From Patiria miniata (taxonomy: Eukaryota), in assembly GCF_015706575.1 (NCBI RefSeq), contig NW_024037060.1, positions 2,792,515-2,856,514 on the forward strand: DNA of 64,000 bases, in the 5' to 3' direction. The notes under the pieces are model-generated. The model made no database searches. It worked only from the letters and a program-made list of their open reading frames with translations, and was not told the origin of the DNA. Positions 50,957 to 63,176 of the stretch are shown one piece after another (within the stretch, counting starts at the first letter, position 1; each line of letters starts with the position of its first letter). The position numbers were made by a program, and so were the translations under genes.

Positions 50957-51287
50957 TAGACCGCTACTACAACTCCCTCCCCTTGCACACAAAAGTACCC
51001 GTACCCGAAGCTCAACTATGACCAGTGAATCCGGGATACAAATGCCGAGGAGGGGGGGGGGGAGGAATATGCCCTACTTTTTCACAAGGAGGATGGGTCA
51101 TAAGATCTTCCCTACCATTTGCATTACAAAAAAAAATCATAAAGAATTCTCTTTGTGTGAGTATACCTTGTGATGGATTCCTAGACGTCATGGAAGCTTA
51201 AGAAGTGCCATTAATAATGAGAAAAATATCATACCTTTGCTGTCTAATAACCATCCAATTCTTACCTACATTTCCACCTTCTGACAG

Positions 51288-51424
51288 GTGTAGCAGCAAT
51301 GGAGCTTGGTAAGAACAACAACCTGGATCCCTCAGATGTCGCCAACATTCTCATCAAAAGGGCCGTCAAGGACAGGGTGGCCAATAAGGGATCGGACTCG
51401 GTTAACCTTCTTCTCAGGGTTTAA
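51288..51424 (+). CDS. Subtilase exon 7: VAAMELGKNNNLDPSDVANILIKRAVKDRVANKGSDSVNLLLRV*, ending at the stop TAA at 51422-51424. There is no C-terminal extension domain.
   Basis: The acceptor is ttctgacag. The frame joins exon 6 to give PHVSGVAAMELGK, which matches subtilase PHVAGAAALL. Confidence 0.85.
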
Positions 51425-53575
51425 TTATAAAGGCACCAACAAAAATCGCACTTATCGGCCTACATGTTTGTCGTATACTTATGATTACATAACACAATAC
51501 TAAACGCAAACGATATTTATTTATAGAAAAATACAAATTGTACATACTGAGTATACGAGGTTTATATTCATTTAAGGAATAACTCGAGTTGTGCTATAAA
51601 TCAGTTGCATGAGATTTAGTCTGAAGATCAGACGTACGTTCACGTTGAGCCACACTACAAACGTCTGATATTATGCGTGCATGTATTTTTATGCGATTTC
51701 GCGCTCCAGATAATCGGAGCCGCCTTTAGAAATTGTGACGTAATTTTGAGACGAAGTTCGGCCACAGCTGTTGACTAGTCGTGCTTTTGTCAAACAACGT
51801 CGAGTTACCTAAGACACGGTAGAAGGCGCCTGCTGAATGATCAGAATCTGGAGGTCAAAACGCAGTGTTGTTTTGCATAATCTGCTCGCATATAGACAGC
51901 AAGCATCTGTTCTACAGACTAAAGAGACATTTTCTTTGTCAAGAAAATTTTTCTAAAACAAAATGTTTTTGATCGTATTTTGTTTTAATTACATACAGTT
52001 AAAAGCTATAGCTACTGCTAGAGTTGCTAGGTTTTTTTTTAGCAATACTGATACACATAAATCAAATAAACATCAGGAAGTCTTTAGTAATCCGCAAAAA
52101 AGTAAAAGATGAAATATGAATCAGGAGTGTTCCGGTGTCACATGAAAATCCGACTCCTATGAAAATCGGACCCCTATTTCCCTATTATTGGTCGATCCCT
52201 CGCACGTGACAGGTCACTCTCCCGAAACGATCCTAAAAATAGCATAGTATCGTACTCACGCGTGCGCAGTACTACCAATGAGTCCACATTTCATGGAGTC
52301 GGATATTCACGCTACACCTGTCCTACTTATGTTTCTTTCATAAGGTCGTTAAAATCAGCCAACAGTTTGGCCAGCAATTTCGTTCCACTTCCTCTAAAAC
52401 CATGTGTGATATCGATCTAAGAAAATATAATTTAAATCTAAGATAATTTAAAAAAATGCAACAAGGACAAAATAACAACTTGTTTGAATATATATATTAC
52501 AGTTAACTATTCAGTAGCGAAGTGTGTACACAATATACGGTAAAAAAAAATTCCGACTAAGTTGCATCATTACATGTGAAGAATAAGGAGTTTTGTTAAT
52601 TTCAAATTGACTTTGAATTTGCTTTAAAATGAAATAATAATAATAATGATATAGTAAAACTTGTATTTATTATGCGCAGATACCATGAAAAAAATGTTCG
52701 AATGTGCATTACAAGATTCGAACAATTATTGTTACAAATATTAACTTACGGATTAAAACTAAACTGTAGTCTTAAATGTAAAAAAATACATATTTTAGAA
52801 AACACTGTCAAAACAATGAAACTTAAAATTACAAAAGCAAAAACGTAGAAGTAAAATAACCAACAGAAAACCTTATAAGAATGCCTTTTTAAAAAGAAAA
52901 ATTCTTAAGCTTGGTCTTTAAAAACTGACAGAGACTGAACAGACTGAATCTCAGGTGATAGCTGGTTCCATATAAGCTGGAAGGGCTTGTGCAAAATGCA
53001 CGGTTCCCCATAGTTTTTATTTCGTGGCATTCTAGCAACCTGCCATCTTATGAAAAGCAACCTGCCATTAGACCGTAGGGAATAGTTTGAAATAGTTTGA
53101 TTTCGTTTCATTGTTGTTCGTTTTGGTGCGCTGAATTTCCTTGTGGTCTATCAATTTCCATGCATCATAACTCGATTCATCGCCCGGCCCTCGGTTTTCT
53201 GTCTAAAATTATGACAGTTGATTGTTGTTATTCATTTTTCCCCCTTCACGATCTCCCAATGCTCGCGTAGAAACGCGCAGAGAAATACGCGAGAGAACGA
53301 ACCCAAAGTTGCCGTGCGAGATTTACACAGTGTCAAAAACGACAGAATTTAAATTGTTTTACCATACTGGTAACACAGTAGTATATTTTCATCTTTTCAG
53401 AATGATTAATTATCTTGTAAGGGTGCCGTTTTAAACACCCTGTAAATTTTGCCAGCTTAACGAATGCTTGTTATGTGAGACTTTTTGCAATTATGGTGTG
53501 CGAAACATTTTCCGAAGATTCCTTTAAAAATGCATCCGAGACGCTTTACGCAACCTCGTGAGAAAGCCGGAAAAT

Positions 53576-54801
53576 TTAATTTTTAGTTTTAATGTTCTGA
53601 TAATGTTTCTCGTTAGGGGTGGCATTTCCTTCTTTTTGTCCAACGTTCTCGTTCGCCACGACATCAGTATACTCACCTCCTTTGGTTCCCAAGATCGTCT
53701 GGTAGACGGCCTCGCCTGTTGTGTCTTTCGTTGTTGGTGTCAGATCAGTGTAGTCGGCTTCCGAGTGCAGCTCGGTGTCTTTGGCTGTCGGGTCGGTTGT
53801 CTTGGAGCTCCTGCGCCGCCGCAGTCTGGTGATCAGGAAGACAATGACAAGGAGTGAGACGATGAGGATGAGGAGCACCACACTGACGACGATCCACGCC
53901 ACGGGAGGTGCACCGGTACCAGGACCGTCGGTCATCAGCAGGGGGAGTTGCCGGCCGGTTGTCGGTTGTGGGGGAGGTTGGCGTGGGGTTGTCACAACAG
54001 CGGGTTGTGGAATGGTTGCCGGTCGTGTTTCCTCAGTAGTAAAGGGAAGCTTGATTGATGCCCCCACGGTCGTCGTACTCAGCACACGCAGCGGGCCGAT
54101 CGTGCAGGAACTCTCCCGACCAGGAAAGGATGACGCCGAAGTCACCTTGCACACGAAAGTGGCGTCCTGGTGGTCGGCAGTCACAGACAGCTCTGACGAG
54201 ATCACACGTTCATTCTCATCTCCCGAGTGTCTCCACTGCACATTGACGGTTGATGTGATGACGTCTACCCGCACTAGCGGAGAACCGGGGTCTGTAGTGC
54301 AATTCATCGGGAGAGTTGTCCCTTGCTGAACGGTGTAGCTTCCATCAGGGGCACAGATCGGGTAGGGATCGGCCGGAAAGTAGCGCACTGTCAGATAAGG
54401 AACGCCCCGCCCCGTCACTCGACTGCGATTCTGCCAGATTTCACAGTTAAACAATCGGTCATCTCTAGTGACGTTTGTGATGATGAGGACACCGACTGCC
54501 AAATCGGATGGGTAATACTCAAGATAGTTTCATATCGTGGGTTTAGACTGACGCCGTTCATCGTTAGAGGTTGCCAGTTGAATCCCCCTTCGTTTCTGTG
54601 CCAATTAATAGTGTAATCATAACCGGCCATAAGTCCGGATGCGTTGCATGCGAGGATAACCGTGTCTCCCTCGGTCGGCTGTGCGTCGGCCGGTCGATCC
54701 ACCGCAGTGGATAACACCACTTGTGAACCAACTTTGTGGGAACACCAACATGCGCATAGCAGCAGCAGGAACGTTGACTTGGATGTCAATCTGTGATCCA
54801 T
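53576..54801 (-). CDS. Intronless Ig-superfamily type I membrane receptor-like gene. It encodes a signal peptide (MDHRLTSKSTFLLLLCACWCSHKVGS), a V-set Ig domain, a C2/I-set Ig domain, a Pro/Thr-rich stalk, a TM helix (VAWIVVSVVLLILIVSLLVIVFLI) and a cytoplasmic tail with four Tyr motifs (DYTDL, VYQTIL, EYTDV, HYQNI). The reading frame is broken by an apparent 1-nt deletion near 54525-54535 inside the V domain, which makes this either a pseudogene or an assembly error.
   Basis: The ATG at 54801-54799 sits in a gaaaATGG context. Frame A (MDHR…NPRYE) and frame B (YLEYYPSDLAVGVLIITNVTRDDRLFNCEIW… to a stop at 53576) together give a canonical V domain (C…W…D..LFNC). Frame A alone terminates at about 54415. 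Frame B has no usable start. No spliced solution exists because the two frames abut. Confidence 0.6.
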
Positions 54802-54886
54802 TTTCGATCGTTCCCCTGTCAAAATTTGTCCCAAACGAGCTAGCTGTCCAGATAATGTTTGCAGAGAATGTGAGGAGTCGAACTTG

Positions 54887-54904
54887 CTTATACATGTAAA
54901 TATA
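54887..54904 (-). promoter_or_regulatory. Candidate TATA elements for the Ig-like gene. On the minus strand they read TGTATAAG and TATATTTA, about 90-105 nt upstream of the ATG.
   Basis: This is only an AT-rich TATA-like motif in a plausible position. There is no other support. Confidence 0.2.
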
Positions 54905-56808
54905 CTCACACCGTGAAGCTTGCAATTAAATTTTGGTAAGGAATGTGTATTATTATTGGAATAATAGGAATAATGCCTCGATCGGATCTATATTGAACTT
55001 TCATTTTTGGTGTTCATGCAGATACCTTTTTTTTTTTTTTATCGTGCGCCACACTCGGGTGGTTTTGTGTAGAACAACGGCGCAATTTCCGTCATTCTGA
55101 TATTCTACGGAGGGAAATGCTGATTGCTTTTGGGGGAAGAATTTGGGGGAATTGACGAGAATTACCAAAGCCCTTTAACAGAGCCGCATGAAAGGCATGG
55201 TTCCCGGAATGCGGAACCGGCGTATGCCGAGGGCCTCAGTGCTGTATTTTGTTGAGAGGAATTGAAAAAAAAGATCATCAATTCATACAATGGCTTAGCA
55301 CTGAAAGCCTCGGTTTCAGTGTAATTTGGGATTTGTCTATTCTAGAGTTCGGTTTAGGTTTTGAAGTTTCCTTACATTTTGGGCCCGTGAGCAGTACCAC
55401 CTAATTTTCTCTATCTATCTTGTTCAAAAACGGACCGTCTCGTGTGCCATTTATTGCGTTTTGATGTTCAAATTTCCATCTTCACAATACAAGTCAATTT
55501 TCAACCATAAACAAAACCATCAAATTTTACCAAAGTAGACGCCTCCGAAACAAGGCGAGGACGCGTCGAAGGCAACGGTGACTTTGTTTGCTTATTAGTT
55601 TGACAGATGACCTGAGTAGTACTGCTGACGGACGTGGTGAAACTAGTGCTCTCTTGTCCTTTTGTGTTTTTCCTGGGAAACTGAACAGGATACACAAAAT
55701 CATTGTACTTTTAGTCCATTGTGATCTTACTTGCACGCCAATATATAGCGATGTTTTCTGAAAACTGGCGTCAGCTCGATCACCACTAACAATGCAAGTT
55801 GTTCAATGGCGCCACTGGGGAAATATGGAAATTATTGTGTGTGGTATGCAGGCTAATAACAGTTACCCATCCTTGGTCTATGCATTTCTCCATGAGATGA
55901 AAAGCAGCGCGCAGGAACTATCGATCATCAAGTTTTTCAAAACACCGTGTTGCGCAAAAGGAGGAACTGTCGGATCATTGATACATGTTTGTAGGCCTAC
56001 ACATTTAAAAGTGTAGGCCTACTTTGCTATATCCTGACAGGGCACTATGTCCAATGTGTTTTTTTTTAGACAAGAATTACCCCCAAACGTATATAAAATA
56101 ATTATTTTGTTTTGCATTTGGTTATTTTAACCCATTGACAAGCTACCAGGTAAAGTACATCACACCCCCCCCCTAAGAAAAAGGGGGAGAAGAAGAGGAA
56201 GGAGAAAAAGAAATTAATTTTAAAGTCGAAGCTTGTACACCATGGATGTTTAGACCAATCCTTCAATTCAAGGGCAAAAGCATTGTGCTAGCTATTGTTC
56301 AGATAATCTGTCATGGGCAGTTGCTTTGTACAATAACGAGCACGGTTTCTCCATTGAAGGGGGCCTCCGTCTAGAACAAGCTCCTTCTTTGTTTTGCTCG
56401 TTAATGTACAATTGTTAAAGGAAAAAGGGCGCTGAAAGGTGTTCAGAAAATGTCAACAGGGAGGCCGAAAATGAAGCTCACTTTTAATATCACTTGACCA
56501 AACAAGTAGACAATGCCAAAGTTAATTTAAAAAAAGTTATCATCGCATGATCCTTTTACTAAACCGCCGACAGAGGGCGTGTTTTATCTAGGCCGTATTC
56601 ACTCATGTTGTTTATACTCATTGTACTTATAGAGCTCTGTGTGGTAAATCCCTTCCTCTTATTTATTTTATTTTATAAGGTGCACTGAATGAGCTTTTGA
56701 GTCATGTAATTTTCATGAATGTTTGGCATGTTTCGGTTTATTTGATGACAGTTTGAAGGCCCTGACTTCGTCATATTTAACGGGGTAGACGGTGTAAGAT
56801 TGTAGACT

Positions 56809-56910
56809 ATGCCACTGCGGGTTATTCAAGGCACATTGGTGCATGCACAGTCTGCAAACCAGCCACTCCAGATTTTGGAGAATAACGTTATTGGAGTCGA
56901 CAAAAACAAG
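56809..56910 (+). CDS. GDA: Guanine deaminase coding exon 1: MPLRVIQGTLVHAQSANQPLQILENNVIGVDKNK.
   Basis: The sequence aligns to the vertebrate GDA N-terminus (MPPLAHIFRGTFVHSTW…LLGVSDSGK). The donor is GTGAGA. Confidence 0.8.
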
Positions 56911-58487
56911 GTGAGAAGTGGATGATCATGATGGTTAATATTTTGGTAATCCTTACCTTCTTTAGGCCCCCTTCCTATATAAGGTTAAAAGACTCACCAA
57001 AACAACTGACTAATATAAATGACACTCAAAAGTGACATTCTGATATTTCTTGAAACATTGGAACAGTTGGCAATGACAGTTGACACCTTCTTAAATATCA
57101 GCAGGTTTAATTTTGTAGAATGAGGGCGGGGCTTTGATTTATGAGGGGTTAAAGACGACAATGACGATTAGAATATATTTTAAAAAGCAAGATGGCAAAC
57201 TGCAAAAAAGGTAGGAAAGTCACATTTTCTTTTAAAGTTTGGAAAGATTTCCATATACATGTACGAAGTTCACTAATTTTCCTCTGTATTGACTAACAAG
57301 CCCCAGATAGCAATTTCATGTCATCAAAGTCAATTTGAGCAGTGAGAAAATACAAATTACAAGCAGTTTCTTAGAAAACACTTAGAATTTTTCAGTCCAA
57401 TCTCATAGGGTTTGTACACAGGGTGTTGAGTGAACTTCGTATATGGAAATCTTTCTGAAAGTGTTTTCAAAATTACAAATAACATGAGTTTATCTGAAGA
57501 AAAAAAGACTGCTTTAGCCTGCAAAAGTCACTTTGGTACTGGACAGTCATCTGCAAAAGTCAGTTTTGAACAGAACTCGTAAAAATAGAGGTGTCTTAAA
57601 GATAAGGATTACCAATATTTTATTATCATATAGAGTTCCAAATTGAAATTGACCCTTTTCCTCTATTTCCTGTGTCAAAAATAAAATTAATTGAATCTAG
57701 TAATAGGGCTAGCCTGAGGAACTTGGGCCCAACTTATCCCCTTTTTAACATTTGGACACGGTCTGGCGATAGTACTACTACTAGTACTAGTACTTCGGTG
57801 GTAGGGTCCAAGTTCAATGTTAGACATGTATCATAATGGCGTTTAGAATAATTAACGAGCCAATCATTTGCCAACAAAAACATCAGATTTCAACTTCAAA
57901 TTGGCCACAAAATTACTTTGTAGTATACGCCACCTGAGATACAAGTAGAGATCGATGATTAAGATCGAGGTACTAAGGATTACTTAGGATCCGGATGAAC
58001 AATTAAATTTCCCGTTGAATTCCGAGAGCTCCCCTCGCGTTCATGGACACGTTACACTCCTGGCTCGTTTGAACGACGCGTTGTGGTCGTGCCCAGCGTC
58101 CATAAATGATCCGGAGTGCGATTCCATTATCGCACACGATGCATCGATTATGATTTAATGTGTAGTCGGAATATCGTTTGAGAACATGCAGTTCGAAGCA
58201 CAATAGGGAGTCAGGAAGGGCAGCTTGAACTGGTTTCCGGTCATAATTTTGACCGCACTGATCATGAAGGGAACCAGTTCAAGCAGATTTTTAAGAAATC
58301 ACATCAAATTAAATGAAACAACGGTGGTACAAAACTACCTGACAATGTTAATGATTTACTTTTTGCATTACTTTTCAACTTATAATAAATTTAAATGATA
58401 TTAAATTAAGTATAAAGTGCCAGAAACTGTTTAGTGGTATCACACTAACAGTCCCACATTTATTTTCTGATACTCCCAACTTTCTAG

Positions 58488-58573
58488 ATAATATTCGTTG
58501 AACCTGTGGAGTGTTTATCTGAACTCTCTGCCCAGCATGGCTTTGAACTGGACGAAGTCCACAACATCAACGG
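58488..58573 (+). CDS. GDA: GDA exon 2: IIFVEPVECLSELSAQHGFELDEVHNING.
   Basis: The acceptor is tttctag and the donor is GTAAGG. The sequence aligns to GDA IVFLEEASQQEKLAKEW…ELSHHE. Confidence 0.8.
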
Positions 58574-58585
58574 GTAAGGAAACTA

Positions 58586-58720
58586 TGTCACCCCTCCCCC
58601 CCCCCAAAAAAAAAACATTCTTACAAACGGAGACCATGCCCCCCCCCCAAAAAAAGTCCACTTTTTTTTAAGTGACATCGCAAAAAAAGGCAGCGACTGC
58701 GTACACCACCCATGAGTAAT
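58586..58720. mobile_element. A fragment of the same hAT-like MITE family (…CCCCCCAAAA…AAGTGACATCGCAAAAAAAGGC…) in GDA intron 2.
   Basis: It shares the AAAGTGACATCGCAATAAAGGCCACCACTGC block with 48290-48330. Confidence 0.5.
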
Positions 58721-58842
58721 ATACATAATAGCTCCCAAAAAAAATCATTCAGGTTTATAAACTCTTTATTTCTTTTTAATGCACAGCACTAGTCCAAGAT
58801 GCTGGTTTCTGAAAACTATAATTTTTGTTTTGGCTATTTCAG

Positions 58843-59014
58843 TTGTTTCTTGATGCCTGGTTTTGTCGACACCCACATCCATGCCCCTCAGTATGTCTAC
58901 ACCGGCACAGCCATGGGCCTACCCCTCCTGGAGTGGCTAGACAAGTACACCTTCCCCGTCGAAGCCAAGTTTGACGATCTCAAATTCGCCACCGATGCTT
59001 ATCACAAAGTTGTG
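58843..59014 (+). CDS. GDA: GDA exon 3: (G)CFLMPGFVDTHIHAPQYVYTGTAMGLPLLEWLDKYTFPVEAKFDDLKFATDAYHKVV. It carries the HxH metal-binding motif.
   Basis: The match to GDA is near-identical over FMPGLVDTHIHASQY…LPLLEWL.KYTFP.E. The acceptor is tatttcag and the donor is GTGAGT. Confidence 0.9.
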
Positions 59015-59454
59015 GTGAGTTCTCTTAAGAACAGCCTAGAGCATATTTCTTTTCCTTAATAACTCCCAAAAGGGACCCTTTACCTGCCTATCAATCGAAC
59101 AGTGCACATTGACTGATTACTAGATCAAAACTTTTGGTCGGTGGCCCCGGTATTATTGGTCAAATTCGGTCACATGCGCCATGAGAAACAAAACGAGAAA
59201 GCAATTGTGGGCGGAGCGTATGACCAACATTTCTATAGAGTACCAAAGTGAATACATCACGTGCACAATTTTGTGTGTAAAAGACATTAGCGCGTGATTC
59301 AGCCCATGAACCAACACACGCGCGTACTCCATTCGTTTGCACTACATTTTCTGGTTCTAAATGACGTCAAACTTCAGTACTCTATTGCCTTGAATGCAAG
59401 CTGAAAGGAAGCCCTGCACCAACAAAACACAGCGGCGGGTTTTGTTGCATTGTG

Positions 59455-59995
59455 CAGTGTACTTGAAAAATGCCAGAGCAATTATAATTTTTTTCAAAAG
59501 AAGCTTTTTTTTCCAGCGCAGTTAAAATTTGTTCAAAACCAATTATTATTTTTTTCGAGAGCAATTTTTTTTTTGTCCAAAGCAAATATTATTTTTCCAG
59601 AGCGTTTTTTTTTTTCAAGAGCAATAAATTTTTATTCCCAGAGCAATAAATTTTGTTCGAGCAAAGTTACTTTCTATGGAAGCCTGTTTGTGCCAGGTTG
59701 TAAAAGTAAAAATTAAATTTCAAAATAGCATAATAGTTTTGCAAAAAAAATGCAATAGTTTTGCAAAATAATGCAATAGAACAAAATTGCTTTAAAATAA
59801 CTGCTCTGGAAAAAAAATAGCTGCTCTTGAAAAACAAACTGCTCTCGCAAAAAAATAGCTGCTCTGCAAAAAAAAAAAAACACCTGCTCTCCAAAAAAAA
59901 AATTGCTCTCAAAAAAAGGATTGCTCTCGAAAAAAAAAAAATTACTTTTGAAAAAAAAAAAAATTGCTCTCAACGAAAAAAGTGGTGGCACAAAC
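59455..59995. repeat. A large imperfect palindrome built from two mutually reverse-complementary tandem arrays. The left arm has about 8 copies of CCAGAGCAA followed by a T-run. The right arm has about 9 copies of TTGCTCTC followed by an A-run. It lies in GDA intron 3.
   Basis: The structure is seen directly. The centre lies near 59680-59700. The supplied K/F-rich ORFs 59450-60027 are artefacts. Confidence 0.8.
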
Positions 59996-60268
59996 GCAGG
60001 CTTTCGTATATAACATATGTTTAACAAATTAACAAAGTCGTTGGGGGCACTTTATCTACGGCTGTATAAATGCATGTGTGGCGTGTTTTGTCTAAAGTAA
60101 CAATGTTTATAATTCTTTCATTGGCCCAAAATGTGCCCACATTGTATGAATCTTAACAGCGAAGAAAATAAACATGATCTATTTGTTGATAAAATGTTGG
60201 GAGAAATAGGCACATGTAGGTTTTTGTTATCATTTATTTCTTTTGCTATTATGTTGTCTGATTTCTAG

Positions 60269-60356
60269 CACCGTACCCTTAAGAACGGAACCACCACAGC
60301 CTCCTACTTTGCAACCATTCACAAAGAGGCCTCCCTCAAGCTTGCAGAGATAGCCG
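60269..60356 (+). CDS. GDA: GDA exon 4: HRTLKNGTTTASYFATIHKEASLKLAEIA.
   Basis: The sequence matches GDA RRTLKNGTTTACYFATIH. The acceptor is atttctag and the donor is GTGAGT. Confidence 0.9.
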
Positions 60357-60823
60357 GTGAGTAAGGAGGCTTGATTGACTTGAGTCTTGGGTTATGGAAG
60401 TCTTGTCCCAAGACTCATATTTGGTGTTTTGCACCTCTAATGCAGCATGTCCCTGGAAAGCACAGACCACTTAGGATCATAGCCCAGATCACTAGGCATA
60501 ACCTAAGTATGGTGCTCCGACAATGCCAATGAGAAAAACAAAATGAAAATTTCCTGCATGCTGAAAAAAACAGTAGTGCACCACACAGTAAGATTATACA
60601 ATAGAGTAGTAATGTCCTGATAAAACCCATCTGTTTTCTCCCTCTGATCTGGATATTTTTAAAAATCAGTTGATTTACCTTATACTTCTTTCCCCTGTTA
60701 ATTAATGATTGCAACTGCAAAGGAAGGCCAATAGAGGAATTTCAAATTTTGGCCCTGTTGGTAAATTGCTTGTTTGGGATCTGTCTATATCAGTCATGCA
60801 GTGTGTTCTTCTTTCACATTCAG

Positions 60824-60926
60824 CAAAGTTTGGGCAACGAGCATTCATCGGCAAGGTGAACATGGATTCAAATTCACCCGATTTCTACGTTGAGACCACA
60901 GAGAATTCAATCCAAGACACGGAGTG
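60824..60926 (+). CDS. GDA: GDA exon 5: (A)KFGQRAFIGKVNMDSNSPDFYVETTENSIQDTE(W).
   Basis: The sequence matches GDA DKFGQRAFVGKVCMD…YKETTEESIKETE. The acceptor is cacattcag and the donor is GTAAGC. Confidence 0.85.
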
Positions 60927-61639
60927 GTAAGCCATCTATGATTCGCTTAGCAAAAATGCCCAGTTTACCAGCCAACAAATAAAGTGATCTACATTGTTCA
61001 ACCACTGGTTCCCAGCAGATTTATGTTTAGTAATTGGTTAGTAATTGGATTGTTTTCTTGGGATTTTTTGTAAACTCCCCCCCCCCCAAAGAAACGGGTA
61101 AACTAGTGCGTGTGCGCGCGCACTACTTCTGCAGGCAATTACAGATCAATTTTTCAGTTGCATGCGTACTACATTCCACAAAAGAGCTGCCATGAATTCG
61201 CAAACAAGTCTTGCAGCATCTTGTATATGCCACGGGATGAAATTTAAGAGTTTGGTTCGGAGTAATTATGGAAGGTTTGGAATGCACGCTGCATATATCA
61301 AGCAAAACAGGTGCGCGCACATGCCACACCTGCTACAAAAACAACGTTGCCAAAACAACGTTGCTTACGGTTCTAGTAATGGCAGTTTGTTGTGATGACG
61401 CCCTCTTGGCGGTGAATCCAATGTACACAACAACGTCCTGGCCCAAGACCAAGGATCACCCTTCCATGAATGGGCCAAATCCAGCCCATTGTTTAGACCA
61501 GATGCATAAAAAGACTTCCGGTGAATATCTTTCTGAATCAACTAAATAGAATTTTGTCTCTCTGGGACCAGCCTTATTAGGCTTGCCTGGTCTAGTTTTT
61601 ACTGCGTCATTCATTTTTTTCTTTGTCTGTTGAGAAAAG

Positions 61640-61775
61640 GTTTATCAAGCAAGTTCAGTCGATGAACAACCCTCTTGTCACACCCATCGTGACGCCCCGT
61701 TTCGCCGTCAGTTGCACCTTGGAACTCATGAAGAAACTGGCTGAGCTTGCTGAAAAGTACAACCTGCCAATTCAG
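61640..61775 (+). CDS. GDA: GDA exon 6: (W)FIKQVQSMNNPLVTPIVTPRFAVSCTLELMKKLAELAEKYNLPIQ.
   Basis: The sequence matches GDA RFVSEMLQKNYSRVKPIVTPRFSLSCSETLM.EL…HIQ. The acceptor is gagaaaag and the donor is GTAGTC. Confidence 0.85.
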
Positions 61776-62970
61776 GTAGTCCGTCAGTCCCCTGTTATTC
61801 CCTGAGTTTTTGCTTTTTCTTGGCAACAGCAAAGGGCTAAACTGCAACACTGCTGTTGTATTGCCGCCCAAGACCCAGAACTACGACTTTGAAAGATGGG
61901 GGGACTGTTGTTGTTAGAGCACCATCAGTGTTCCAAAAGTTACAGGCTTAATTTCCATTTAAGTGATTATCTTTGTAGAAATGCAAAAAATAGACGAACA
62001 GGTTATTCTTTTCAGTTTCTGCTTCAGTTTTAGCTGGACCCAAAGGTTAAGATAATAATTGTTGAGTCAGGTGTTAATGGGAATATACATCATTTGCTTT
62101 TGCTGTAATTTTCAGAAATGGATGGAATTGGGGAGTTGGAAATATATAGCAAATACAGTTACACTGACTTTTTTGAGGTTTTGGGTTCAAAAATGCTATA
62201 AAAACCAAGAAAAACAATCATTTTCCTGTAGTCTGGTTCCCTGACTCCATTTAAGAAGAAACAGAGCAGTTTACATACATTGGGGAATTGTAAGGTCAGG
62301 GAACCAGTCTAGCATGCTTCTACCCGTTCATAGGTGTGTAATCGATTGCAAACAAGTGCGATGGTCAACTGGGGCCAGTATTTGAAAAAAAAGCCAGTTT
62401 TTTCCAACGCTGGTCTGCCGATCAGCGTTGGAAATTGATACAAAAATACCACTTTTCTTGAAAATGACAGTATACCAGGTGCCATGATTTTACAGGATGC
62501 TTTACACTGTCATTCACTAACAGTCCAGCAAGGTATTTCAAAATGATTTGGTAGTTTTATTTTTTGATGTTTGCAAATGTTGTATTTTCCCTTTAATGTT
62601 AAGCCTAACCCCCAAAGGGCTGGTTGGGGGTCAAGTACCAAATACCACAGAATACTACATGTGCTGTGCACACTTGTATGGAAAGAAATTAATACTACAG
62701 GTTACTACTCAATGGTATTTTGTAGCATTGGGGGCTGTTAGGGTTAAGTGACAAGTCCTTCCCTTCGTAATACCGGACTGAAATTCCTTTCGTTCATTTT
62801 TTTCAGCATTTTTGTGCAAAGCTATCAAAAGAAGGTTGGTTACTGTGTGAGCTGGCTTTTGTTTATAAGAGCTCGGTTGATAGCTTTCACATCGTGATTG
62901 TTGAAGTACATCGCCGGCATGCATTTCTTGAAATATATCTATGGAGGCTAGATTTCTTTCCTTTTACTAG

Positions 62971-63078
62971 ACTCATCTCGATGAAAACGAGGGGGAAATC
63001 GCGTTGGTGAAGGAACTTTTCCCTCAATTTTCCAGCTACGCTAATGTCTACAGGGCTTGCGGCTTACTGACAAATCGG
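62971..63078 (+). CDS. GDA: GDA exon 7A: THLDENEGEIALVKELFPQFSSYANVYRACGLLTNR. It carries the HxxE catalytic motif. The exon is phase 0-0 and 108 nt long.
   Basis: The sequence aligns to GDA SHISENRDEVEAVKNLYPSYKNYTSVYDKNNLLTNK. The acceptor is cttttactag and the donor is GTAATT. Confidence 0.85.
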
Positions 63079-63176
63079 GTAATTATTTGAACAAGTTTGA
63101 CATTAGTCTGATTTCTTTTATTGTATTTTAATTCTTTCTTCGGCCTCTCCCTATTAACTCTCCCCCACATTATTAG

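Noticed and set aside
53775-54329. A plus-strand 184-aa ORF opposite the Ig-like gene.
   Set aside because: It is an antisense artefact of the minus-strand coding sequence, with low-complexity R/S/T-rich content and no start context.
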